This document shows positions 13,960-26,297 of a DNA stretch of 64,000 nt, piece after piece. The notes under the pieces were generated by a model that worked only from the letters and a program-made list of their open reading frames with translations, did no database searches and was not told the DNA's origin. The position numbers and the translations under genes were made by a program. This DNA is from Pelomyxa schiedti. Lineage: Eukaryota > Protista > Evosea. Within the stretch, counting starts at the first letter, position 1. The number at the start of each line of letters is the position of its first letter. Location of the stretch: NCBI GenBank assembly GCA_020536535.1, contig JAHLWZ010000751.1, forward strand, positions 62,001 to 126,000, written 5' to 3'.

Positions 13960-16641
13960 ATGCGTTATTCCCAAGAGAACGCCACCGGAGAGGCGACAAA
14001 AAGCCGTGCGGGATTTGGTGGTTTTTGGAGTGCTGACAAGACGTTGCGAGGGCAGAAGTCGTTTTTCCTTTCTTCGTCATCGTCTTCATCTGCTTGTAAC
14101 AATAAGACCACTGCATCGCAGCAAACACAAGATGTGCCTCCTCCCAGTAGTCTGGATGCAGTCGCAGATCCGCAGTCTTTGAGTGGCCCGACTGTGGTTC
14201 CTCATACTGGTTTGGAAGTGCCTCCAGAAGAAGAGGCAGAGGACTCGCTGGCAGGCCCCCACCAGATTCACAGATCCACGACTTCACCGCTACCATCGAC
14301 AACTACTTGTACCACGACCACAACTCAGAGCTCTGCTTCAATACCGTCAAGAAGACTAACTGGATTTCGGGCACCCCCTGGGAGCCCGGCACCACGACCT
14401 CCTGACTCTCCTCTGCAACGCTCTCGTGAAGCACACCCTGATACTAGAACAGTGATACTGAAGCTTCGTGCATCAGCAGCTTCAAATGGTGAGGGGAAGC
14501 GGGGGTCATCCTGGTTCTCACAATTGATTGTGGCCGACCCGAACAAATTACAGGAAGAAGTTCGAGAATCCCTTGCAAACTCAACAACAAGTCTCGAACT
14601 CCATATTATTTTCCGGCAAGCTTCATCTCTTTTCTTATCCAAAGCTTCAGACTGTTAGTGTCACACCTAACTTGATGCAGAGACCTCTCCCATCCTCCCA
14701 AATTTCCTCCAAGCATCTTCGAGGCGACGTGGCTTAAATCTCTGCTTCTTCCCAGCAATGGGATCACTGAAATACCTGCAGAGTTTTCCAAATTGGTCTC
14801 TCTGCAGTTACTGGATTTGTCAAATAATTTGCTCACCTCCTTACCAGATTCTTTTTCAGTGTGTATTATTTTCCACAACCTTTTCCTCACTTTCTTCCGT
14901 TTCAGGCTCTCGTGAATATCAGTGTGTTACGTTTATCAACAAATGAATTTTCAGAAGTTCCTCTTCCGATATCAAGCATGACTCACCTGGACTTTTTGGC
15001 TCTAGGAAATAACAAACTTCAATCTGTGCCTAGCTTTATGAGTGTGTAGCCAAACAATCGAAACTTTTCGAGCTCATTATCTTATGTCTCTCCCTTCTTC
15101 TCTTAGGTGGTCTTACATCCTTGAGGGAGCTTGTTGTTTCTTGTAATTGTATCACTCATTTACCGTCAAACTTTGGTACTTTCCCCGGGTAGGTAAAAAT
15201 CCTTACCGATGCAATAGGAGACCTATCTTCACTGAGCACATTCAACTGTTCTAAGAACCTACTCAGCAGTCTGCCAACCTCTTTCGGTATTTCATAAGAA
15301 CAGCCAGTCTTTACATGTTCACAACAATGGCAGGAAACTTGTTCAGACTGACAGAGTTGGACCTCTCAAACAATAACATTACTTTGCTTCAATCATGTCT
15401 GTACACTCTTCCCGCTTTGGAAGTTCTCAGACTCAATGGAAACAAAATACTGGACTTTGAGACTCCCCAGATGATGTCAAACTTAGTTTCTCTACACACG
15501 TACTTTATTTATTTCTTTTCACTTTTCTCACTCGCAATAGACTTAACTTGAGTAACAACGAGCTAACCCTCATACCAGCCGAAATTTCTTTACTTACACA
15601 CCTTTCAACTTTCCAAGCCAGGTACACATTTTTCTCTTTGGATTATTGTATTTACATCAGGCAATTAGTGAAAATAACATTGCCGAATTTCCTTATGTTA
15701 CTGGGTCAACTTCACTTGTCTCCTTGGCACTGAATAGGAACAGTATACCTGCAGTCCCACTCTCCATATCCAATCTAGTTAATTTGACGTCTCTAGATAT
15801 CAGGTTTGCTTTTTCTTTTTTGATATAAAAAAAGCCGTAACATCTTGAACAGCTTTAATGACATTGAAACCCTACCAGAACTTGGCTCACTACCACTGAA
15901 GCAACTCCTTTTTACTGGAAACCAAGTTAGTGGTACTTTCCTGTGACTGGAAAATGAAGTACAATATCAGATCTCGGAGCCTGTAACACTGCCGCCTACT
16001 TGTATTCCGATGGTGGAAGAATCCTGTGCCGACGAGATTATGCCCAATCTGTGGCTGGGCTCTTTACATGCATCCGATAACAAGCACTTCCTCCTTGTGA
16101 GCAACACCTTCATCTTTCGGCAACACTTCAATTTTAACCTCACTTCCCAGTCCAAACAAGTTACCCATGTTTTATCCGTTCTACCAATTTCCAAAGGTCC
16201 CTACCCAAAAGTAGATTCCCATCTCATGAATAAAGGAAACAAAACTTATTTCTATAGGTATTCAATTACATGATCTTACCCGTTGAAGACCAAATGGAAA
16301 CCGATTTACTAGAGCATTTTCAGACCTGCCACAAATTCATTGACGAGGCGAGGGACTCCGGAACTGCCGTTCTGGTACACTGGTGAGACCCCCATCTTGC
16401 AACTTCTCCCTCAACCCTAACCCGCAATAGTGCGGCCGGAGTCTCCCGGTCGGCAACAATCGTAACATCATACGTTATGTATAAAAACAACATTGGGTAT
16501 GAGGCAGCCCTGGAAATCCTACGCAAGAAAAGGCCAGCAGTGTCCCCCAACCCTGGGTTCATCAAACAACTCCAGCAATTTGAATCCACAATACTACCTA
16601 CACTCAACCACACACCCAAAAACCCCTGTAAGATTATGTGA
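13960..16641 (+). CDS. Leucine-rich-repeat dual-specificity protein phosphatase with C-terminal CaaX
   Basis: Multiple LxxLxLxxNxL exons, EIMPNLWLGS, spliced VLVHCAAGVSRSAT, VSPNPGFIKQL; ends PCKIM*. Confidence 0.9.
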
Positions 16642-17045
16642 TAAATAAAAAATAAAAAAGCTCCATGAGCAAAGATACTACGCAACCACATCACCCGCCG
16701 TTTCTGTGAAACTGTTCTCCCATAATCCACCCCACGTGAAATGTTTCAGGGTATTCCGACGGAGTTGTAGCTTCAAAATTACCCTCACCATCGGATGGCA
16801 CTGTGACTTGATACTTTGAAACAACTCGTATGATACTCCTCCTCGAGGGGAGCCAATGGTGTTTCAAAGTGGAATCACGACTAAATTGATACCAAACACA
16901 GCGATTGGGACCGACACCCTTTGAGGGTAAGCTTTTTTTTTTTCTTCTGGTAAGGGAAGAACGAGTAGGGAGAAATACCTGAAGTGGGACTACAAGCAAA
17001 GTTCTTTTTTGATCTTCAAAAATTGGTTTGGTTGTGGGTTGATAG

Positions 17046-19288
17046 TCACAACTCAAGGCTTGTGTTTGGCCACATGTGTGCTTCATTTGGGTTGATGTTA
17101 GACAGTGTCAGCCCCAGCTTGTTTATTGACACCTGGATGTGCAGTGGTGATGCACACACAAATGTCTTGAAGTAGGTGATGGCAGTTGTCCCGGTCATCC
17201 CTGGAAACACATGTAGAAGCATTCTCCACATGGAAACATTGATTCGGCGCCCCATCCTGCGTTTCTGTGCCATGGCAACAACCTAAAGTTGGTTGGTTGT
17301 GTTTAGAACAGTAGAAGATTCACACCTCATTCAAGGTCACGTGGAATGTGTGGATAAACCACTCCGCACAGCTTGTCTTGTTGCTTGCAATCAACATTGC
17401 CAGCAAGCGATTGCTGTTCGTTTTGACTTGATCCTCATTCAAATGGAAGTGCTGGATAAACCACTTCACAACTTTGCCACACTGGACTTTGCTTTTTGAC
17501 AAACCCTCCACAATCTCGTCTGAAGAGAATACATGTCCACTCTAACTCTGCTGCATCAACTGCACAATGTTTTGGGCATTTAATATGGAACACCAAGAAC
17601 CAATGCTTGAGGTGATCCTACTTTTGTTGAAGAGTAGTGGCGCTGCATTGTCACAATGGCGCAAAAGTGACGATGCAGTGTTGCCGCAGCTTCGTTCCAC
17701 TCTATCACAAAAAACTTCTGGCACTTCTCTGATGATGTGGCTGACTGCACAATGAGAGAGGAACCACTGAACACCACCAACGCCATCACAGTCCCGAGAA
17801 GTGCAGGCCTTACTGAAAGTTTGCCCAGCCACAGTGGGGCTCCCCCTCAAGTGGTCCATCACGTGGAAGGTTTTCTCCAGCCAGTCTGCAACTGCTGTGT
17901 TGTTGTTGGCAAGAGATTTGACAAGACACTCCACATGCTGCTCTGGTTTGAGTGGAAGCTGTGGCGGAGCCATATTCATCAGGAGGTAACTGACTAGTGA
18001 CACAGAGTCGTCCTTGTTTCCACATGCCCTGATGAAAGTGTCAGGAGCAACAGGCCCAAGTGTGCCAGCATAGTTGGCGATCAACCACTCAACAAGGTTC
18101 TCATCTGCAACACCTGTGCACAAAGAGCATAAGTGATACTGTCTTGGTGTGAGCAAAAGGTTTTCAATGCACCACTTGAAGGCCGTTCCATTCTTGGAAA
18201 GAACAGCCGTATTTAAATGGGTTGAGTTCACTGAGAACCTTTCCTTCATCCACAGCCATCCTTCTGCAAAAAGAGATTCCTTATCTTCACCTGAATAAGA
18301 GGCTGTGTATAATAGGAAATTATCAACCAGTCTGTACAGGAATCTCAGGGCCATTTCTTGTCTGCCACCACAAAACAGTCCAGTGCAAAACTTCATGACT
18401 TCTAAACTTGGGCTGGCAATGAACTCATCAATGTCGCAGCCCCCAATTACATTCTGGTCTATCATCTTCACACAGGCACTAACAACATCAGTGGTGGAAG
18501 TCATCCACTTCACCACGTCAAGATGACCCATTCTCACAGCTGCCCGGAAGGGTATTGGAAGCTCCCAGTGCTCAGTTCCCACACCACTGAAGTTTGACAT
18601 AACCCACTTGACAATCTCCAGGTTCCCACCTTTGCACGCGTGATACAGCACACTGTGTGGCATGGATTCACTTTGGGACATCTCCCTGATGTCATCAATC
18701 AGGTCGGGGTCATCTGAGGGCCACTTCAGGAGGCAACAGCCACTCGACGGTGAATCAACCGCACTCCTGCCAACAAGTTCCCTTGCCATCTCAATGTGTC
18801 CTCCTGTTCAAAGTAAATGGGTTGGTTTTTTATTTTTATAAAAAAAATGTACTATTGACACAGCTCTACTTTATTACCACTCCACACAGCAACATAGAAA
18901 TACCAGCACAGAATCCCTTCAACACGGCAAGGCACTCTTTGTTGTTGTTCCTTGTCTCTTTCCTCCTAAGAATCCACTCTATGCACTTATTGCTCCCAGC
19001 CTCCCCAGCACACCTCAACAAAAAGTACTTGGAAGTGTACAGCATCCCACAATCGCCCTCGGACCACGCCCCACTCACACGTACACTTTCGAGGAACCTG
19101 CAAGCCCGAGGCAGCAGCGGGAACAACGCATCGGCTACGCCCAGCAGCCAACGGCACCGGGACATAGGCACCGGCACACCGCGATCATGGGAGGGGCGGA
19201 CCAACGTGGGCACCAAAACGTGGTCCCACACCACACGAGACACCGTCATCATCCACTCTGCAGAAGTACCAGTACCATGTGACACCAT
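17046..19288 (-). pseudogene. Ankyrin-like repeat protein of a lineage-expanded family, interrupted by one in-frame TAG
   Basis: ACKGGNLEIVKWV and AVRMGHLDVVKWM repeats. ORFs 17542-18789 and 17320-17511 are in the same frame, separated by TAG at 17542-17544; GT-AG introns link the other exons. Confidence 0.6.
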
Positions 19289-19611
19289 CCTTGGGTGTCT
19301 CGAACCACACCATAGAATCTACCTGCCTTCGTGGCAAAGGGACGGGTGGCCCCTGTCGCCACTTCGAAGGGAAAACCAGACCCTCCCTTCGGGGAGTGGC
19401 TCACGGCCCCTACTCCGAGCTTCAGGAGACTTTCGACTGTTTTTTTTTTTACCTTTTTCCCATTTCTTGTAAACCAACGTAATTTGATGCCAGCGGGTAC
19501 CGTGCTGTGCGCCACCGTCGCTGCCGCCCTCGTGGCAGTTGTGATTGTCATCATATGCGACAGGCTCGCGGCTCGTCGTAACAGTTATTAACCCTTTTTT
19601 TTTTGCTGTTC

Positions 19612-20890
19612 ATGATGCCAACGTTCACAACCGACGAAAAAAAAAAAGTGTTTAACCAATAAAAAAAAAAACAGAGTTTAACATTGACACGAGCAAGTTG
19701 GAGGAAGAGACTATAGCCATTGCGACAAAACCGTTGACGTCCACATCAGTGCGCGTCGATCTGCCCAGGTTCTGCTATAAAATTTCGGTGTACGGTATTT
19801 TTCCCTTATTTCTGTCAACCACAACCTAACTTAACCCTAACTATTCCCAACAAATTCAGGACCGGAAAATGAATGTGTGTTCAATGGTGCCACACAAACC
19901 ACGCAGTCTGTTTCTTCTGCTACTCCCCCGACAGTCTCTGCCATAGTACCAGAGGCATCAATTGCTTCCGCAAGTACCTCCACTTCTCTTAGATCTGAGG
20001 AGTGCACCCGACGGTTGATTGTATCTCTTGTGAATCTCCTAATACCTTTACCCCGACGTGACTCTGTTGTGGACTCTGTTAATAATTCATATAAAATCCA
20101 CTTTGCGTATGTGTTTCTTTTTTTCCGCTATCAATTTCCTCGTAAGGTACTAAATACACAACAGCTACATGTTCACTGAGCCAGACAAAGCTGTTGACCC
20201 AGCACAATTTCTGCATGTAAAAAATCCGCTTGTGGAAGTCATCCTTACAACTCTAAATTCCCTTTAGGCGTACTTAGCACGTGCATTGGGTGCCGACTCT
20301 CCCCTTGTGTTACTTTTGAAATGTTGCACGCAGGAATTTATATTTCCCACTGTGCATCTTCTGAAAGAGAAATTTGGACTTCAACACCCCTACCAAGGTA
20401 ATCCTAGTGCAGGGCTCCTCCGCGGTAGTAACCCTTCATAGATGTACATAGAGGATGGCACATTCTTATCAGAGATACTGGGGACAAAATAACCGTAGCA
20501 CACTCAAAACAAGAACAAGGGAAAGAACCCTTTTTGGCGGCTTTCAAATTCACATGGGGAGTCTCTCTTAGTTTCCCAAAACAATTGATGTTCCCACCCG
20601 AAGGTCTGAAATCCCATACTAACTTGTTTTCATTGAACATCGGACTGACCACTTCATTGCAGGGGAACCTGACTTAGCAGCTGCCATTGATGCCGCACAG
20701 TTCTCATTCAATCTGTCTGCCCTCACATTCGCAACTGACTGCCCTGCGGATGTGGCTGAAAGTGTCCGGGCATATCTGGAACCGTTCCTCATGCACTGAG
20801 ACCTCGGAGGATACCAACCCCTCATTTGCCTCCCTGTACTTGCTTACACTACACCCAGCATCCCAACGTTTGAGAACAATGATTTTTTGA
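19612..20890 (+). CDS. Hypothetical protein, possibly related to the amoebozoan GlfB-like C-terminal domain
   Basis: Spliced VDLPRFCY...LLKCCTQEFIFP...YQDVHRGWHILIR...HSKQEQ...FKFTWGVSL. Family assignment is from memory only; start is uncertain beside an A-run. Confidence 0.5.
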
Positions 20891-20962
20891 AATCTCCATT
20901 TATTTGCGCACATAGCAAAGGAATAGATCAAAACAAGAACCACAAGTGAGAAAAACACAAAA

Positions 20963-21382
20963 ATGATGACTCGCTTGCTGCGGTACTTGTGGCCCACAGC
21001 AGAGGCCGCAGGGGCACCACACCCGGCCGACGCCCCTTCGTCGTCGACGGGCACCACAACCGCCACCACGCCTACCACACCGACACTAACGAGCACACCA
21101 ACAGCAGCCACAGCCGCGACAACCACGACTACCACACCGAGCAAACCTGGGTGGGGTGCGGCGCTGTTGCCCAGCACGAACATCGGGGCGGCGCAAGTGG
21201 CGGCGGCGGCGAGGTCGCTGTGGGCAGGGGCCAAAGCCAGGGCCGGAGCGGCGAGGGCGGCGGGCGTGGTGCCGTGCGCGCTCATGTTTGCCGTGTCTGT
21301 CGTCTCGTTCCCGATTGCCCAGCGCACATTATGCGCCGTGCTGGCTCCACTGCAGCGGTCGTCGCCTTCACGGAAATCCTGA
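20963..21382 (+). CDS. Small Thr/Ala-rich hypothetical protein with a C-terminal hydrophobic segment
   Basis: ATG in an A-rich context like other starts here and a GC-rich ORF; a competing antisense ORF (20704-21399) exists. Confidence 0.35.
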   Translation: MMTRLLRYLWPTAEAAGAPHPADAPSSSTGTTTATTPTTPTLTSTPTAATAATTTTTTPSKPGWGAALLPSTNIGAAQVAAAARSLWAGAKARAGAARAAGVVPCALMFAVSVVSFPIAQRTLCAVLAPLQRSSPSRKS

Positions 21383-21530
21383 TCATTCCAAGCCCCCACA
21401 GTTCGTGCACTGGTTCATCCTAGGCTACAGTAACAAGTGGCTTTTATTCGCACCCACTGCTGGCGTTCAAGTTAAGGAAAAACAGCTACTCGTATTTTCT
21501 TGAAAAGATAAGAGAAACGGAAGGTTTTGT

Positions 21531-24177
21531 TTAGGGGGTGTCGTTTGTGGGGTTGTTCTGCTTGGAGGTGTAGGCAGTTATTTTGCTTTGAGTGACCCTG
21601 GACTTTTTTGTTACCCAGTGAAATGGAACTGCACTGTGATCAGTACTAGCACTTGAGGCAGCGACATTGGCACTGCAAATGGAATCGATTGGGGCCTCAG
21701 GAGCCCGCTTGCGACCGGCCAGTTTCAGATCAGAACATTGTGGAGCATTGGTGGATCCTGAGCTTGACGTTGTTGTTGTTGGTTCATTGTCTGCCGTATT
21801 ATTTGGTGACTGCAGTAATAGATTGAAGTATGGGTCCACCAAAGCCTCACCCAAGGATGGTCTCCCCACAACGTTTGGAGCTATGAGTTTATTGGCAAGG
21901 ACCATTCCTTCAGCAGTTAACAGTTGTTTTACGCGCTCATCCAGCATCATGGTTCCCACGTACCACAGGTCAGCATTGGGGCCACTCCTTTCTTTCTTTG
22001 GGTGTACACGTAGGTGAGAAAGTGATAGCCCCTCTTCCACCTGAGCCCAATCAACATCCACAAGAACCCAGTGGGCACCCTCTTCACAAGCTCGCATGAC
22101 GTTTGCCCATCTGATATCACAGTGGTAAACATGTCGAGAATGCATAGTTTCCAGCGCCGAAAGTACGGCTTTGACAGCGGCTGCAAGTTCCTGCTTAGTT
22201 TTGGGTATTGCTGCATAGCATGGGCTAAGTTGACACTTGAAGCGGTGTGACTCATGCCACACCACCTCACTCACCTTAACTAAATGCTTATTTCCATGTC
22301 CTTCTAGTGCTGCGTAAACTGCTTCAAGGGTGGCTTTCTTTGGTGCACCATCAACATCATACAAAGTGGACTTGTGAACAACTATTTCATCGACGGAGCG
22401 AACTTGAGTCTCAATAGTTGTGTGATCATGGTATGTTTCAATGCCAGGGCAAATAACGTACTTGGCTGATAAGAACGAGGCAGTGCGTGCAATGTTAATG
22501 CCTTTGATGATAATTTCTTCCAAGTCCTTTAGTTTTTTTTTTTGTGGGTGGGGGGTGATGTTAGGGTTGCCGTTTTCTGTTTTGTTTTTGTTTTTGTTTT
22601 TGTTTTTGTTTTGTTTTTGTTTTTGTTTTTGTTTTGTTTTTGTTTTTGTTTTTGTTTTTACCTGGGGAGAGTCATAGCGGTACTCCCGCCATAAGCGGTA
22701 ACTTTTTTGGTACCCCTGTTCACGTGAACTTAGAAATTCAGGCCTGTTTGGATTCACTAAAACCCAAAATTGTAGGATTTCTCGGTTGGCTGACACGCCA
22801 AAGTGGAACCACAACTTCCCATAAAGTGGTTTGAAGACAGACTTTGTTTCAAGATCTTCAAGAGCATCTTCCATTTTAACAGATTTCAACTCAGCTGATG
22901 GTTTTTTGGGTGAGTGAAAATGCAAGGAATTTTGGCATTACCTGATACCATGTTCACTTGATTCATAACGAGAAACACAGTAACTTGTGGAATCGCATCC
23001 CCGATATTAACTTCATGACTCTGAGACGATGGAGGTGATTTAACAGAGGATCTCCCAGTAATATTACTCATGCCCTCATCCTTGTTGGGAGTTGTGACCT
23101 GTCTTGAATACCTATCCCATTTCCTTGATAGACATTGGAATGTACATTTATCAGGTAGTCCCTGAATTGTTTGTGACGCCAGCACCTTCCAAAAGTTAGC
23201 AAGAGTAAAATTAAAAAGGTCGTCTGCTTCTGCATTTCTCCTATGGGTAAATGAATTGTGGAAATTACTTCGGAGACATACCATTCAGTCACCCATTTAA
23301 CAACGTCCAAAGCACTTTGGGGCGTTACTCCAAACAGGGCCTCTTCACAAGGCCTACCAGGCCGACACCACATTTCTTTCTTTGGAGTAGTCAAGTATTT
23401 AAAGAAAAGTGGTTCCACTGGTATTTTTACAGGGAAGTCCTTGTCTAAAACATCCTGAAGGCGTTGCACCCACACTTGTTCAGGTAGGAACTCTTCAACA
23501 AGTGTAACCAATTCGGTTTTCTGCACGGTAGCTGGCAGCCAAAAAGCAACTATGAAGTCATGACGTTGTTGCTCATCTGGTAGAAGACAGTAAGTAACAC
23601 AAAAACTCAACGGGACCTACTTACATTCTTGTTGAGAAAAATGGGTATCAAGGACCATTTCCCGCCGTGTTGATCTCACAATCGTGGTCTCGTCAGTATA
23701 ATCAATGCGGCGCCAGAAATCAGGATCCAAGACTTCCATTTTTCGGAGAAACCTGTGCAACGTCAACATCTCTGTGTGTGGCTGCTTGTCGAAAGTAGAT
23801 CTTATGTGACACTTCCTCTCTTCCTCCCTCTTCTTCCTCTCTTCTGCCTCTCTCTTCTGCCTCTCTTCTTCCTCTCTCTTCTTCCTCTCTTCTTCCTCTC
23901 TTATTCCTCTCTTCTTCCTCTCTTCTTCCCTTTGCATCTCGGCCGCCAATACCAGCACCTCAATATCGTCGAGACTGTGGCACCGTAAAGCGTAGTTGTT
24001 CAAATTCCAGGTATTGCTGATAAGGGGCCAAAGAAAGATCAGTTTTGCCTCGGTGGTTTTTGTGCTCGATGTCTTATCATACGTCGTAGTTTCCAGTATT
24101 TTGGTTAAGTTGGCTGGCATTGGATGATCGACAGCATTAGCAGATAATGACGGAGACGCAACATCGCTCGCCGCCAT
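21531..24177 (-). CDS. Crinkler (CRN)-like protein with a possible REase-fold region and a C-terminal atypical protein kinase
   Basis: Four GT-AG introns join the ORFs in frame. Kinase HSRHVYHCDIRWANVM..VLVDVD..ADLWYVG, upstream MVSAELKS, charged repeat near the N-terminus. Confidence 0.6.
22579..22659. repeat. (TTTTTG)n microsatellite inside an intron of the CRN-like gene
   Basis: Directly visible; on the minus strand it lies between CAG|GTAAAA and CTAAAG|GAC. Confidence 0.9.
23810..23932 (-). repeat. Imperfect ~21-nt coding tandem repeat (EEERKKR-type units)
   Basis: Repeated ctcttcttcctctct units encoding a charged single-helix or coiled-coil segment. Confidence 0.8.
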
Positions 24178-24699
24178 CGTGCTCTAATTGTTTTCTATCT
24201 CCCCTTGATGTTTTTATCTGAGAATCTACTGCAGTAAAACTCAAAATGGAACTAATGACAGACCGCACAGTAGCGGCCCTTTTCCCCTCCCCAAAGGCCC
24301 TTTTAGCCCCCCCCAGAAGGGACTGCGTTTTTGGCTGGTAGGGGCCTCCAGTCCCTTTCGCCCCGGACATTTACGGCACTTAAGTGGTCATTTCCAGCAC
24401 TACCAGCATGCACTCTACAATGACATTAGCGCAGAATTGTACATACAATACCCGGCAAGTGTTCTATTAAGCACGGGAATGCTAGACACTCACATGGGAA
24501 GCTCAGGAAATCACTGGATCAAATCCAAAGCTACATCACATAAGAATATTATTTTCACTTCAATTTACAATTAGTTTATTCATTTACATTTATTAGCTTT
24601 CAATTGTGTTGCAAAGTCCTACATTGTTCTGCAGCTTCAAAGCAATCTTATTTTTCGTTAGTCAGCTGCACAAGTAATGAGAATGCATACCTATTTGAG

Positions 24700-25855
24700 A
24701 GTCTGTGATCTCCAAGCAACTCTATTCTGGCCACCATTACCGTTTGCTGCAAACCAGAGCTGGCATGATAATCTGGCAAGTCTGTTGAGAGATCCACACC
24801 ATTGGAAGGCATCCAATCATTTCAGCACTCAGGTATTCTCTCTTTGTTGTAATTTGAGGACTGATCTCCAATGCAGCATGTCGGCCCTGCATGACAGCCA
24901 TGCATTCTTTATCTCTGGCAACGCGGGCAATAACAAGCTGCACACTTCAAGGTCCAATTGCACTGAAGTCCCAAAGAAGCCCACAAGCTCACAAGTCCTT
25001 TCTGAACAAACAGACACTGAGAGATCTGTGACTGGAATTAATTTAAACATTAAGATTCCAACATACCTGCAAGTCACACCAATTCACTGTAAATTCGGCC
25101 CTCACGCAAATTTCAACCAATTACGGCACAACTGTAACCTGCATTTGGCACTAGAACTATCATTGGCGCACTATCCACTATCCATGTCAAGTAATTGCAC
25201 TGCAATGGCATTAGCATTCATAAACGAGAGTACGCAATTACCTGACAACTGGCAGGTCATCCGACTTTCTGAGGCATCATTCTGTTTGCTTGTTCAAAGG
25301 GCACAATGGATGAGGACAGAGCAGCAGTCATAGCCCCAGAAGCTGTGACAAAACCAGAGTTCACATTAGAGTTTGGACATGAAGTAACATTGAGGAAGAA
25401 GCACAAGGGGTAGCACCAGAATTCCCAATAGATGCAGATCTTGGCACAAACTGAGTGTATACACAGGGGTGGTGTCTGCATAATGTAAGATGTAATGTTT
25501 GATATATAACTACTTCTTTATTGGTTGAGCCTCTTGGCCTTCCTGGCCTTCTTGGCTGTGACTGTGACTGTGCCTGTGCCAAAGCCATAGCTTGGCTTTC
25601 TAATTGCTGTATTTGATTCCATTAGATTGGAGAGAAGGAGTGTGGTAGTTTATTTATTAGGAAGGAGGAATAATAGGTTTGGTATTGAGAAGGGTGGAAG
25701 GGGTGTAATACACAGTTGTTGTGCCGGGGTTCCTCTTGTGGGCTCCGGTGTTGTCTGACAGTGTCCTGCATAAGTTTATTATTATTATATGCAACATCCA
25801 GCTGCCCCCAATGGACATTGCTTACAACTTCCAAGTTGAAGTGACGAGCACCATA
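24700..25855 (-). other. Possible fragmented or degenerate gene with an AT-hook-like motif
   Basis: Short minus-strand ORFs with splice-like borders and RRPGRPRGS near 25530-25556; no coherent full-length model. Confidence 0.25.
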
Positions 25856-26297
25856 TCAACTTTCCAATAACAAATTTTTGTGGCGAATGTTGGCTGACAA
25901 CTTTTCCATTTGGCTGAAATAATCAACGGACCGGAACGCTGTCGTTTTCGTTATCGTGGCCCCGGGTCGGGGTCTGGAATTTTTTTTGTATTCAGCCATT
26001 TGACTGATTACCACAACACAACACAGTTGTGTTGTCACACCGTTGCAAACTGGCTTCCTGACTTGGAGTAGCTGTGATGACTTACTATGGCTGACAACCT
26101 CTCCACATTTCTTCAAGTCTGATGAGTACACGCAACAACACCACTGACAAAACAAACAACAAAACAAAACAAGAAAAGAAATTTGTGTTTTGAGGGCCAA
26201 CGATGCGCCGAGTGCTGATGTGCAGATGTGCGAAGACACTGAATGGTTTGACTGCCGGCTTGTTCAGCAAACAATCCTCTCTTTATCAACCAACTGC

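Noticed and set aside
17542-17544. Stop-codon reassignment of TAG
   Set aside because: TAG ends several genes here (SGNH, RWP-RK, RBR, tectonin) and I saw no other internal stops in the conserved genes I spliced.
19280-19450. tRNA, HDV-like ribozyme or RNase MRP (GGTTCGA and GAAAGTCTCC on the minus strand)
   Set aside because: No cloverleaf, HDV P1/P2 pairings fail, and no P4 partner strand was found.
22530-22660. K/N/Q-rich coding insert in ORF 21531-22925
   Set aside because: Better explained as a stop-free GT-AG intron containing a microsatellite.
21531-24177. Frameshifted pseudogene
   Set aside because: Each frame change is resolved by a canonical GT-AG intron.
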